Of a stretch of 64,000 nt of DNA, positions 43,645-64,000 are shown one piece after another; the first letter of the stretch is position 1; each line of letters begins with the position of its first letter. Source of the stretch: Eledone cirrhosa (taxonomy: Eukaryota); the NCBI GenBank assembly GCA_964016885.1, contig CAXHJY010001727.1, positions 1-64,000 on the forward strand, in the 5' to 3' direction. Both the position numbers and the translations under genes were made by a program. The notes beneath the pieces are model-generated. The model saw only the letters and a list, made by a program, of their open reading frames with translations. It was not told the DNA's origin and did no database searches.

Positions 43645-46146
43645 CCCTTTAGCATTCGCATTAATTTTCAAATGTCATGCATGCTTATCTGTTCGCATTT
43701 ATTTTGAGTTAATCATACTCAAGAGGGTTATCAATTTCATTTGTTTGTAATTTTCTTAATTTTCTATGTGCAGACTTGAAATTTTGTCAGTAGATGTTAA
43801 AATATCAATAATTTACAATTGTATATTTTTACCAATTTTTTTTGTTAAATTTGACTTTTATGGGCAGGTGAAATTAATTAACAGGTGTAAAAGTAATGAC
43901 TTTATGGATAAACACAAAAATTAAAACTTTATCTGACTTACCTGCTAGATTTGTTACAAAGAATATCCAACAATGACCTAGATGTTGACTTCCAACAATT
44001 TTAGCACATTTCCGAACAGGTGAATTAATTTAAAATGCAGGTATACAGTTTTAGTCTGTCTCTACATTTCATGCAAATATTTTCATTGAAAAAAATGTAT
44101 AAAACCCTTTCACCAGTCAAAATAATATTGGCAATATACTCTTACACAATGTACTGAGTAGATTTATATAACAGAATGTGCCCAATATATAAGTTCATTA
44201 ACAGGTGTGATGCAGGTGTGGTATCTAATGTGTTCCAATATATTTAAAAATATTTTTTCAATATTGTCAGACAATATTTCTATCATGATATTGGCCAAAC
44301 AGCCTTTACATAATGGCACTTTGCAAAAAGGACACATAAATGTGGTTTGAATTGCATAACCTTTAACAGTTTTTCTCTTTTGCAAAGAGCACATTCGGCA
44401 AACCTTCTTCCTCCCATTAATTTTCTCCACTTTGTGAAAATCCAATATTTTCCGTGTTTACCTCAGATAATTTCGACTTTCTCCCAGCTTTGTGTTTACG
44501 AGAAGAATATCCTCCACGTAGTTGAGAGGCAACGTCTACACGAAATTTCATGTGGCAGTAGTAAATTTGGTGGTGGCGGATTCTTGTGGCTTTTAGTGAA
44601 TACAATAAAAGAATTCACAATGGTTAAATTCACTAAAAACCACAAGATATATCTCCACCATTTTTTTCCAGGGCGTCCAACTGGGTAATACGCGCAATAT
44701 TGGTCGGATTTGTCAACCCCACCCATATATTTATTATAGGAGAGGTTGACTAAAGGAACAAAATTTGCCGCTTGTCTTTATACAATGTGGCTAACAAGTT
44801 CCCTTTTTTGCAATTGGAAAATGTCCCCTCTCTTTTTAAATTTTGGGATTTTCATTTCTTGGGGTAGCCCTTTGCGATTCCCCATTATTGTACCACATGT
44901 GTACGTATTTACGAGGGCAAGATCCTCTCCTAGACGTACTGAAGAAAAAAAAACGATCAAAATATATGTGTCTGTGTTGAGAGTGAAAGGGTTCAGTCAG
45001 AGACCACACAACATCGTACGCCAAGCCATATTTTCTCTCTCCGTTGTGTTTCTTTCCTGTGTAAACATCAAAGTTTACACAGTAGCCTGTGTCCGATTCA
45101 CCTTGATGCCCCATTTAGTAGGTTTAGCTGGCATGTATTGTCTAAAATGAATCCTACTCTTATACCCAATCATAGCTTCATCAACACTAAGATTTTTTCC
45201 CAGGTATATACACTGTTTTAAATTTTTCCGAGAACATTTTAATTACTGGTCGAACTTTATACAGAGGGTCATAATTGAAATCATTTCTACCAGAGGCATT
45301 TGAAGTATCAACCAGATGCAAATATTGGTTTAATTTCAAATACCTTGTTTTTGGCATAATACTCGATATATAAGGGTCGCTAAACCTTATATCAGTGCTC
45401 CAGTAATTCCACAGTCTTGAAAATTGTTTTATACCAAACAATGTTTACGGTAAAAAACGCTTGCATCTCCGCAGCATCTGTCGGTCACTGATCAGGTTTT
45501 TTTTTATATGAAATCTGCTGTTGGGTATATCGATTTGTCTCTTTTGCCACAACTTCGAAGAAAGTTTGTGGCAAAAACAAAAAGAAATAATCCAGTGCTT
45601 TAGCATCGGGAGGTAATATATGCTGTGGACCAGTATTTTCAACAAAATCGGGAACATGTATTGGTGTGGTATTTTTCGACCATGTTGCTGAAATATCTTC
45701 AATGGCACCCTGGAGATCTGCTTCGCTTTCACTTTCAAAATAACAATCTTCGTCGGACGAAATTTCAGAAATATAAACATCAGATTCATTTGATGATATA
45801 TCACTAATATTACCGTTTGTTTCTTGTTTATTCTGAATGTCGTCTTGTGTAAAACCTTCAAAGTCGATATTGCTACTTTCAGAAACCATGTTGATACAAA
45901 AAAAATTTGTTGCACTTTCAAAGTTAAAAAAACGTGTCGCTTTAACTTGTTTCACTATATTAAGTGTTAATTTTCGCGGTAAAGGCCTAATCTCGCAGTA
46001 GTCTCGAATTGACGAGATTTTGATGATGGTTTGTTTATTTTTAGAACGATATTTTAGTGTAGGTGTTTTCAGGCGCTTTCGGGCGGTTTGAACAAATGAA
46101 GGGGAAATAATTTTGGATGCTTTCGGGCGGTTTGAACACTAAAGGG
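43645..46146 (-). mobile_element. Full-length decayed piggyBac transposon
   Basis: TTAA TSDs (43641-44, 46147-50), CCCTTTAG TIRs, subterminal repeats GCTTTCGGGCGGTTTGAACA x2; acidic N-terminus, YDPLYKVRP, (V)DEAM, HIYFDRFF, CGTI, MGGVDKSDQ, Cys-rich C-terminus; several frameshifts. Confidence 0.93.
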
Positions 46147-46376
46147 TTAAGGAAACACTGCTCTCAAGAGACTAGCTGAAGTGTTCAGGTTTCTAGAGTC
46201 ATACAGAGACTCCATAAAACTGACCTCCCCACTACATCAGCAGAGAGAGAGAGAGAGAGATAAATGGATAGACAGAGATCGATAGAAAGAGAGAGAGAGA
46301 TGGATAGAGAGAGCTGGACAGACAGAGAAAGAGCCAATTAGGATATTAATATTTAAAAAAACGGTAAATAAAATAC

Positions 46377-46487
46377 CTGGTGGTGGTCCTCTCATAGAAG
46401 GTGGAGGTGGCGCACTGCGTCCCATTGGAGGAGGTCCTCGCATTCCCATCATCATGTTTCCAGGAGGTGCAGCACCCCGACCTGGAG
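46377..46487 (-). CDS. SNRPB: Penultimate exon of SmB/B'-like (xPGRGAAPPGNMMMGMRGPPPMGRSAPPPPSMRGPPP)
   Basis: TTTTAG acceptor and CAG/GTATTT donor; 111 nt, phase 1-1; splices in frame to 38767-38807; P/G/M/R-rich. Confidence 0.75.
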
Positions 46488-46591
46488 CTAAAATAGATAA
46501 ATCATCAACATTAATAAGAGTTCCAATAAACTATACATACATACATAAGTTGATGTAATGAAATCTTGTCTATATGCCCAATAGGCTACAC

Positions 46592-46934
46592 CTGAGTTTC
46601 CCAAACTGGGCAATATCGCCCAACGGTGGGGAATTTCAACTGTTGGGTGGGAGATGAACAACTGAACAGAAAATGGTGAGTAATTGGAAATTTTGGTAGA
46701 CAATATAGGATTTTTAGTATTAAGAAGGTATTTAAACATATATTACCCGGAAAAAATATTCAAAAGAGATATACAAAGAAACTGAAAAAAAAAAAACACA
46801 GGAGGCTAAATGGGGAACAACAAACTTTTACCAAACAGTTATGGTACGCTTTTGAATATTTACTATATTGGTGGGTGATGGAAAATGTTTCCATGTGAAA
46901 GTGGGTGATGATGCAAAAAAGGTTTGGACCCCTG
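46592..46934. mobile_element. hAT (Charlie-like) MITE
   Basis: Degenerate TIRs CTGAGTTTCCCAAACT and AGGTTTGGACCCCTG; 8-bp TSD GGCTACAC/GGCTAAAC. Confidence 0.65.
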
Positions 46935-47829
46935 GGCTAAACATATACAGGCTAGGGTGTTCTAATCATAATTTCAACTAACAGTAGTACAAAACATCAA
47001 CATATTTCAACTGGTATTTGATAATGTTCATGATCACTTTTTTAGGTCAATTACTTGGGGAAGGACTATATTATCTGCTGGTCATTCTTTCACAGTGACA
47101 GGAAGCAGGATTTGAACTTACAACACAGTCAGAACGGATAATGCAAAAAGCATCTTGCCCAAATCTTTAACAATTCCACTGCCTCTAGATTAGCACTTTA
47201 TTATGAAAGGGTTAAATGAAATAGTTCATGTTAAGAAACCAAGACACTTATTCCAAAAATACATTCTGCAATAAACTAAAATGGTTTTGTAGAGAATTTT
47301 TCCATTCATTTAGCATCAATGAGATTTCACTTAACACTTTGAGTGCCAATGCCACTTTGGTTAATTTACTACTCCAGACAAGAATTACTAAGATTACATA
47401 TTAACTCTTTCAATAGCAAACAGTTTGAAACTGCTTCTGGTTCTCTGATATAAAACTGTTTTTATCAAAGAACCTTCCATCATAATTTTAGGTAAGAACA
47501 TTTAGATATGTTCCAAACACTAACTAAATAATGGGAAAGTTAATTCTTGATTATTTTCAAAATTATTTGAAAATCATAAGCAGTGTCTTCCATTAAAAAT
47601 TTTGTAACAAAAGGGGTAATTTTTTTTGTATTTTTCCCCAAAAAAAATTCTTTCAAATAAAATACAAAAGATATTTTGTTCAAAATTTATTTATTTTAGT
47701 TTGGAAACTACAGACCCGGCACACAACAGGTGGGTAATAAAACGCACCATTATGTGTATGGCATGCAAAAATTTAACACCATATGCTACACTCACACAGA
47801 TAAAAAAAAAGAAATTGAAGAAATCTTTT

Positions 47830-48580
47830 AATACTAAGCACAAAGCCAGCAATTATGGGGAACATCGATTATATAAACCCACTATTTGACTGGTACCATA
47901 TTTTATCGATAGCAGCAAACTGGCAAAGTCATTAGAACGTTGGTTAAAATGCTTTGTGGTATTCGTTCCAAATCAAATCCCACAAAGGTCAACTGTCTTT
48001 CATCCATTTAAGGTCAATAAAAAAAAGTACCAGTTTAGTACTGGGTCGATTCTTCCTCTATCTCTTTCACTTCCTTTCTGTTACTCGCAATCCTTCTCTG
48101 GAAGAATTCTGCTGTATTCAGACCTGGAGAGGAGGTGGGCTCCACCAGGTTTTCAAATGCACTAGAAACAGCATATGTCAATATGGCACTCCTACAGCTT
48201 CCTCAGGAGTTACAGATTCATACACATATTTTATCAACCTTGGAAGGATGAAAGGCAAAACTAACCTTGAGAGGATTTGAACTTAGAATGTAAAGAGCCG
48301 TTACTTTATGCTGCAAAGCATGCTGTCTGACACTGTACTCATACTGCCAATCCACCACCCTACTCCGTTCTAATAATAGTTTCTGATTTAGGCACAAGAT
48401 CAACAATTTTAGGGGGATGAGAAAGTCAATTAAATCAAGTCCAGTGCATTACTGATGCTGTATTTTATTGACCTTGGAAGGATGAGAGGCAAAGTTAACC
48501 TCGGCAAGAATTGAACTGAGGATGTAAAATGCCATAACAATGCCACAAATCATGTTGCTCGATGTTCTACCAATACTACC
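47830..48580. mobile_element. Cluster of family-A SINEs (47910-48210 plus; 48225-48360 and 48370-48580 minus)
   Basis: Repeated GGATGAAAGGCAAA..GGATTTGAACT motifs. Confidence 0.75.
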
Positions 48581-48895
48581 ACAAATTATTAAAGTCTAAA
48601 TAACAACAATATCAACAAAGAGTCATCAGTTTAGATTAGAGAAGAAATCTCATGAAAAAAACAAAGAAGAAGAAGCTAAAATTACTCTTGTAAGAGAAAA
48701 ATCTGGAAGTCAAACGAAAGAATTAAGAAGCTTGCAGCTAACTTACACTATCATACATCTACAAGCAACATTTTTACAACATAATTTAAAAATAATAATA
48801 AATTCAAACAGAATTCATAAAATATACTGCTTGTAAACATTTATCATAGAATAATGAAACAAATAAAGTGAATAAAACAATTAAATTGTATGAGT

Positions 48896-48961
<66 letters not shown>

Positions 48962-49239
48962 ACACATAAAAGCATTTCTAAGAACAGAAAAAAGCAGTTG
49001 CAGAAGATTTCATGCCTTGGTAGGCTGATGTCCATTGAAAGAAGAAGACATAAGAAGGACAATATAGGAATCAATTCCTGCAACATATTGCCGATTTAAC
49101 TAGTGGCAATATCTTTATAATGTTTCGCATTTTTATATTATTTTTCACTCAGATGGAAATTTTTAATGAAACAACATATCAACAACAAGTATATAGTAGA
49201 GAGAAGAGAGAGACAGTTTGCAAAAAAAATAAACAAACA

Positions 49240-49585
49240 ATATATACTTACACACCTATATACAGATATATATATACACACATGTATATATACACACACA
49301 CATATATAAATATATATATATACAAATATACATATACACACACATATATACATATATATATATATACACACATATATACATATATATATATATACACATA
49401 TATATACACACATATATACCTATATATATATACACACGCATATATATATACATATACACATATACACATACATACATATATATATATACACATATACACG
49501 CATACATATATACATATATATACATATACACATACACACATACATACATATATATACACATATATACATATACACATATACACAC
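49240..49585. repeat. (TA/CA)n microsatellite
   Basis: direct inspection. Confidence 0.95.
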
Positions 49586-51340
49586 ATCATCATCATCAAC
49601 GTTTAACGTCCGTGTTCCACGCTTGCATGGGTTTGGACGGGGGTATTCCCACTTGAGGCAAGAGTGATTGTCTTGCTCGCATAGGACTGTCTGGCAGGTT
49701 TTCTACAGTTGGATGCCCTTCCTAACACCAACCACATTTACAGTGTGGGACTGGGAGGTTTTTACCGTGTTGCCTACACGGCCACATTACAGCGTGGACT
49801 GTGTGTTTTTTTGTCGTGACACCTACACGATCTCATTTGTTTCGGCCTGGATGTTGTGGCACCAACATAACTTTACATAGGAGGGGGTGGTGTGGATGGG
49901 GTGTGGGTGGTGGGTGTATTTTGTTAGAGATGCCTACTGGCTGTAGTAGGTTTTACTATGTATTTAGGTAAGGCGGGTCTTCTCTATTACTGAGTACCGC
50001 CAAAGGTCTCGGTCCAGTGACATTGTCTTGGTGAGGTGTAAGTGTGTGAGGTCGGAGTTTATCAGCTCATCCCAGGTTTTTCTGGGTCTACCTATTCCGT
50101 GGCTACCGTGTATCTTTATTGCCCTGCACTTTGTTATATAGCTATCGTCCTTCATGCGCATTACGTGACCATACCAACGTAGCCTTCTCTCGAGTAGACA
50201 ACATCTGATCCCTCTTATTTCTAATTCTTTCCTTAGTTCGTTTATGCTTTGTCGTTCACGTATATTACTATTACACATCCAGCGGAGCATGCAAGCTTCG
50301 TTTCTCTCTAGTCTGCGTATATCTTCTGCACACAATGCCCAGGTCTCACTGCCATGCAACATTGCTGTTCGTATGCAGGCATCGTACAACCTGCCTTTCA
50401 TTTTTAGGGAGAACCCTTTAGCAACTAATAGTGGTATAAGCTCTCTGAACTTTTTCCACCCAGTTCTGACTCTAGCTACTGTACTTTCAGAGCACCCTCC
50501 CCCCACTGCTGATTTTGTCACCCAGGTAACGGAAGCTGTCCACTATTTCTATAGAACCCTCTGCGCAGCTGAAAGAGCTAGTATTTTGTGGGCACTTGCT
50601 GCTACTTATTGCGCCGGAACACCGGCCACATGTAAAATCTATGTTCTTAGTTAGCTTACCTGTGATACCACTACATCTTTTATGCACCCAAACATTGCAT
50701 TTGGGACACAAAATGGAATTTCTACTTTCGCCTTTCCTACACTCTGCACATGGCCACTTCCCGGAGGGGACCGCCGCCTTATTTTCTTTCATACAAACTA
50801 GAACTTTAGTCTTAGCCAGGTTAATTTTAAGGCCTTTTGATTCTAGGCCGTGCTTCCATGTTTGGAATTTCTTCTCTAGCTCGGCCATTGATTCAGCTAT
50901 GAGCGTTAGATCATCTGCGTATAGGAGTTCCCATGGGCAGCCGGTCTTGAACTCCACTGTTATAGCCTGGAGGGCAATAATAAATAGTAGGGGGCTAAGA
51001 ACAGATCCCTGATGAACACCAACTTTTACACTAAACTCTTCACTATATTCGTTGTTAATTCTAACCTTGCTGACTGTTTCTTTATACATGGCTTGTATAG
51101 CTCTCACAAGCCATTCATCAACATCTAGTTTTCTAAGAGCCCACCAGATAATGGAACGGGGGGACACTGTCGAAGGCCTTCTCCAAGTCGACGAAAGCTA
51201 AGTATAGGGGTTTACTTTTAGCTAGGTACTTCTCCTGTAGTTGTCGTACAATGAAAAGAGCGTCTGTGGTACTTTTGCCTGACACAAACCCGAACTGCAT
51301 TTCATCTAGATCAATTCGCTCTCTGATTAGTTGCTCTATT
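49586..51340 (-). mobile_element. 5'-truncated RTE-group LINE with a Cys-rich insertion after YADD and a (GAT)n tail
   Basis: [70 protein letters not shown]; two frameshifts. Confidence 0.92.
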
Positions 51341-51452
51341 ACATACATATATATATATATACATATATATATACATATACACATATACACACATACATAC
51401 ATATATATATATACATATATCTACACATATACACACATACATACATATACAC

Positions 51453-51483
<31 letters not shown>

Positions 51484-51494
51484 TATATATATAT

Positions 51495-51539
<45 letters not shown>

Positions 51540-51686
51540 TACACATATATATATATATATACATATATATACACATATATATATATATATATACATATAT
51601 ATATACACACATATATATACACATATATATATATATACACACATATATATATATATATACACACATATATATATACATATATATAT

Positions 51687-51729
<43 letters not shown>

Positions 51730-51862
51730 TATATATATATATATACACACACATATATATATATACACACATATATATATATATACACACATATATATAT
51801 ATATATATACACACATATATATATACACACATATATATATATATATACACATATATATACAC

Positions 51863-51897
<35 letters not shown>

Positions 51898-52977
51898 TAG
51901 ACATATATATATATATATACACACACATATATATACACATATATATATATACATATATATACACACACATATATACACATATATATATATATATACACAC
52001 ACATATATATACACATATATATATATACATATATATACACACACATATATACACACATACATATATACACACATACATATATACACACATACATATATAC
52101 ACATATTTATATACAGACATATATACATACACACATTTATATACACACATATATACATACACATATGTATATACACATATATATACATATATACATACAC
52201 ACATTTATATACACACATATACATACACATTTTTATACACACATATATACATACACACATTTATATACACATACACACATTTATATACACATATATATAT
52301 ACATATATACATACATACATATATACACACATTTATATACACATATATATACATATATACATACGCATATATATATACATAAATACATACACATATATAT
52401 ATACATAAATACATACACATATATATATACATAAATACATACGTATATATATATACATAAATACATACACATATATATATTACATAAATACATACATATA
52501 TATATATAAATAGATACATACACATATATATATACATAAATACATACACATATATATATACATAAATACATACATATATATATATAAATACATACATATA
52601 TATATATAAATACATACATACATATATATATACATAAATACATACATATATATATATACATAAATACATACATATATATATATACATAAATACATACATA
52701 TATATATACATATATATATATATATACACATATATATATACATAAATACATACATATATATATATATATACATAAATACATACATATATATATATACATA
52801 AATACATACATATATACATATATATATACACATATATATACATAAATACATACATATATATATACATGTATATATACATATATATATACATATATATATA
52901 TACATATATACACATACATAAATACATACATATATATATACATAAATACATACATATATATATACATACATATATAT

Positions 52978-53010
<33 letters not shown>

Positions 53011-53138
53011 CATAAATACATACATATATATATACATACATATATATATACATACATATATATATATATATATATACATAAATACATACATATATATATA
53101 CATACATATATATATACATAAATACATACATATATATA
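51341..53138. repeat. 1.8-kb microsatellite with sub-blocks (TACACA, ACATTT, ACATAAAT variants)
   Basis: direct inspection. Confidence 0.97.
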
Positions 53139-53746
53139 TGGTGGCTGCCAACTCGTTTTCGAGTACGGCCACTGCTTTATATCCATGTAGGAGAACCCCT
53201 ACCGATGCGCTGAACGAATGTGACTTTTTAGTCCAGCCAGCGACTTGAAAACTCTGGTACAAAGACTACACTTGTGACCATTATTGACACATAGTGCAGG
53301 GCCCATGGTACCATGTGATGACAAGTGTAGAGAGATCTCCAGATATAAAGCAATGCCTGTGCTGTGAAGCTTTTATAGTGAGCAAAGGCACTGCACAAAG
53401 CCAGTCCCACTCTCTTAACCAAGATGATATTTACCAAAAAGAAGAACAAGTCAACATCATTGGATACCATCAGGGTTGCAGCTGTTATATCAGAGTTTTC
53501 CTTCTCCTAGAATTCTGCCTTGACAAAGGCTAAGGGGTCATCTCTCCCGGTGATTTTGGATGGCTATTTAGTCTTAAGAGCTCCCTTGCCCTTTGACAGG
53601 TTTTGTTTTTAGTCATGCAGGATGTCCAAAGTCACCCTCCTCACCAAGAAACCTTGGTGGGGTTGCCAGTTTAGTCGCCAACGACCCGACCATGAGACAG
53701 GTTGTACTGGGATACATGTTACCAGTAGCACCAACTGGTGACCTGA
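53139..53746 (-). mobile_element. ~600-bp non-autonomous RTE-related element, copy 1
   Basis: Direct repeat of 57457-58050; 3' end matches the RTE end at 23345. Confidence 0.75.
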
Positions 53747-57456
<3,710 letters not shown>

Positions 57457-58050
57457 TGGTGGCTGCCAACTCGTTTTCGAGTACGGCCACTACTTTATAT
57501 CCATGTAGGAGAACCCCTACCGATGCGCTGAACGAATGTGACTTTTTATTCCAGCCAGCGACTTGAAAACTCTGGTACAAACACTACACTTGTGACAATT
57601 ATTGACACATAGTGCTGGGCCCATGGTACCCTGTGACGACAAGTGCAGAGATCTCCAGGTATAAAGCAATGCCTGTGCCGTGAAGCTTTTATAGTGAGCA
57701 AAGGCACTGCACAAAGCCAGTCCCACTCTCTTAACCAAGATGATATTTACCAAAAAGAAGAACAAGTCAACATCATTGGATACCATCAGGGTTGCAGGTG
57801 TTATATCAGAGTTTTCCTTCTCCTAGAATTCTGCCTTGACAAAGGCTAAGGGGTCATCTCTCCCGGTGATTTTGGATGGCCATTGACTCTTAAGAGCTCC
57901 TTTGCCCTTTGACAGGTTTTGTTTTTAGTCCTGCAGGATGTCCAAAGTCACCCTCCTCACCAAGAAACCTTAGTGGGGTTGCCAGTTTAGTCGCCAACGA
58001 CCCGACCATGAGACAGGTTGTACTGGGATACATGTTACCAGTAGCACCAA
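57457..58050 (-). mobile_element. ~600-bp non-autonomous RTE-related element, copy 2
   Basis: Retains [22 protein letters not shown]; slightly 5'-truncated relative to copy 1. Confidence 0.75.
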
Positions 58051-58241
58051 GTATATATATGTATATATATATGTATATACATATATATATACATATATAT
58101 ATACATATATATATACATATATATATACATATATATATACATATATATATACATATATATATACATATATATATACATATATATATACATATATATATAC
58201 ATATATATATACATATATATATACATATATATACATATATG

Positions 58242-58273
<32 letters not shown>

Positions 58274-58490
58274 TATATATACATATATATACATATATAT
58301 ACATATATATATACATATATATATACATATATATATACATATATATATACATATATATATACATATATATATACATACATATATATATATACATACATAT
58401 ATACATATATATACATATATACATATATACATATATACATATATATATATATACATATATACATATATACATATATATATATATACATAT

Positions 58491-58525
<35 letters not shown>

Positions 58526-58602
58526 CATATATACATATATACATATATATATATATACATATATACATATATACATATATACATATATATATATATACAT
58601 AT

Positions 58603-58633
<31 letters not shown>

Positions 58634-58702
58634 TACATATATACATATATACATATATACATATATATATATACATATATATATACATATACATATATAT
58701 AC

Positions 58703-58781
<79 letters not shown>

Positions 58782-58838
58782 CATATATACATATATACAT
58801 ATATACATATATACATATATATATATATACATATATAC

Positions 58839-58869
<31 letters not shown>

Positions 58870-59476
58870 CATATATACATATATATATATATACATATAT
58901 ACATATATACATATATATACATATATACATATATATACATATATACATATATATACATATATATATACATATATATACATATATATATATACATATATAT
59001 ATATATACATATATATATACATATATATACATATATATATATATATACACATATATATATATATATACACATATATATACATATATATACATATACATAT
59101 ATATATATACATATATATACATATATATACATATATATACATATATATACATATATATACATATACATATATATATATACATATACATATATATATATAC
59201 ATATACATATATATATATACATACATATATATACATATACATACATATATATACATATACATATATATATATACATATACATATACATATATATATATAC
59301 ATATATATACACATATATATATATACATATATATACACATATATATACACATATATATATATACATATATATACACATATATATATATACATATATATAC
59401 ACATATATATACACATATATATATATACATATATATACATACATATATATATACATATATATATACATATATATAC

Positions 59477-59509
<33 letters not shown>

Positions 59510-59686
59510 CATATATATACATATATATACATATATATACATATATATATACACATATATATATATATATACACACATATATATATATACATACATATAT
59601 ATATATATATACATATATATATACACATATACATATATATATATACATATATATATATACATATATATACATATACATATATATAC

Positions 59687-59749
<63 letters not shown>

Positions 59750-59859
59750 CATATATATATATACATATATATATATATACATATATATATATACACATAT
59801 ATATATATACACATATATATATATACACATATATATATATACACATATATATATACACA

Positions 59860-59893
<34 letters not shown>

Positions 59894-59903
59894 CATATAT
59901 ATA
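58051..59903. repeat. 1.85-kb (TA)n/(TACA) microsatellite
   Basis: direct inspection. Confidence 0.97.
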
Positions 59904-60031
59904 CGCTATTCCGGGTTGAATCGGAGGTAACCACAGTAAGTAAGGTACTCAATACATAGCAGAGTATAACAGTTTTAATATAGATGAGATTCTACAGGAC
60001 TAGAACTGTTTCATTCATTAGAAATCATCAG
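59904..60031 (-). mobile_element. 128-bp PLE terminal remnant with a truncated hammerhead
   Basis: Minus strand CTGATGA-T TTC TAAT GAA T-GAAAC AGTTCTA GTC/CTGTAG, then the bulged hairpin; the 5' strand of stem I is replaced by microsatellite. Confidence 0.7.
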
Positions 60032-63950
<3,919 letters not shown>

Positions 63951-64000
63951 AGTAGAAGGGGTATTTAATTTGTTTGAATAATCCCTAATATATTTCCACT

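Overview
This is AT-rich eukaryotic (animal) genomic DNA. The tRNA-derived SINEs resemble octopus-type cephalopod families (from recall, not searched). Roughly a third of the window is kilobase-scale (TA)n/(TACA) microsatellite, which produces all the long spurious YI-repeat ORFs. The only host gene evidence is the last two coding exons of a probable SmB/B' (SNRPB) gene on the minus strand and one tRNA-Thr(TGT) that may be a pseudogene. The rest is transposon debris: CR1-group and RTE LINE fragments, many SINEs, a decayed full-length piggyBac with a MITE, a DD37D/maT-like fragment, a hAT MITE, and several Penelope-like elements (PLEs). The main signal lies at 6-23 kb, where about 13 type I hammerhead ribozyme (HHR) motifs sit in PLE-type termini, mostly inserted into (TA)n as tail-out inverted pairs. 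They include a non-coding ~525-bp tandem retrozyme-like array with three intact HHRs and an HHR with a compensatory U3-A8 core. A covarying 2-nt-bulged hairpin follows the HHR in five dissimilar families, and in four insertions one end falls just before it. All structures were read by eye and need folding, covariance and cleavage tests.
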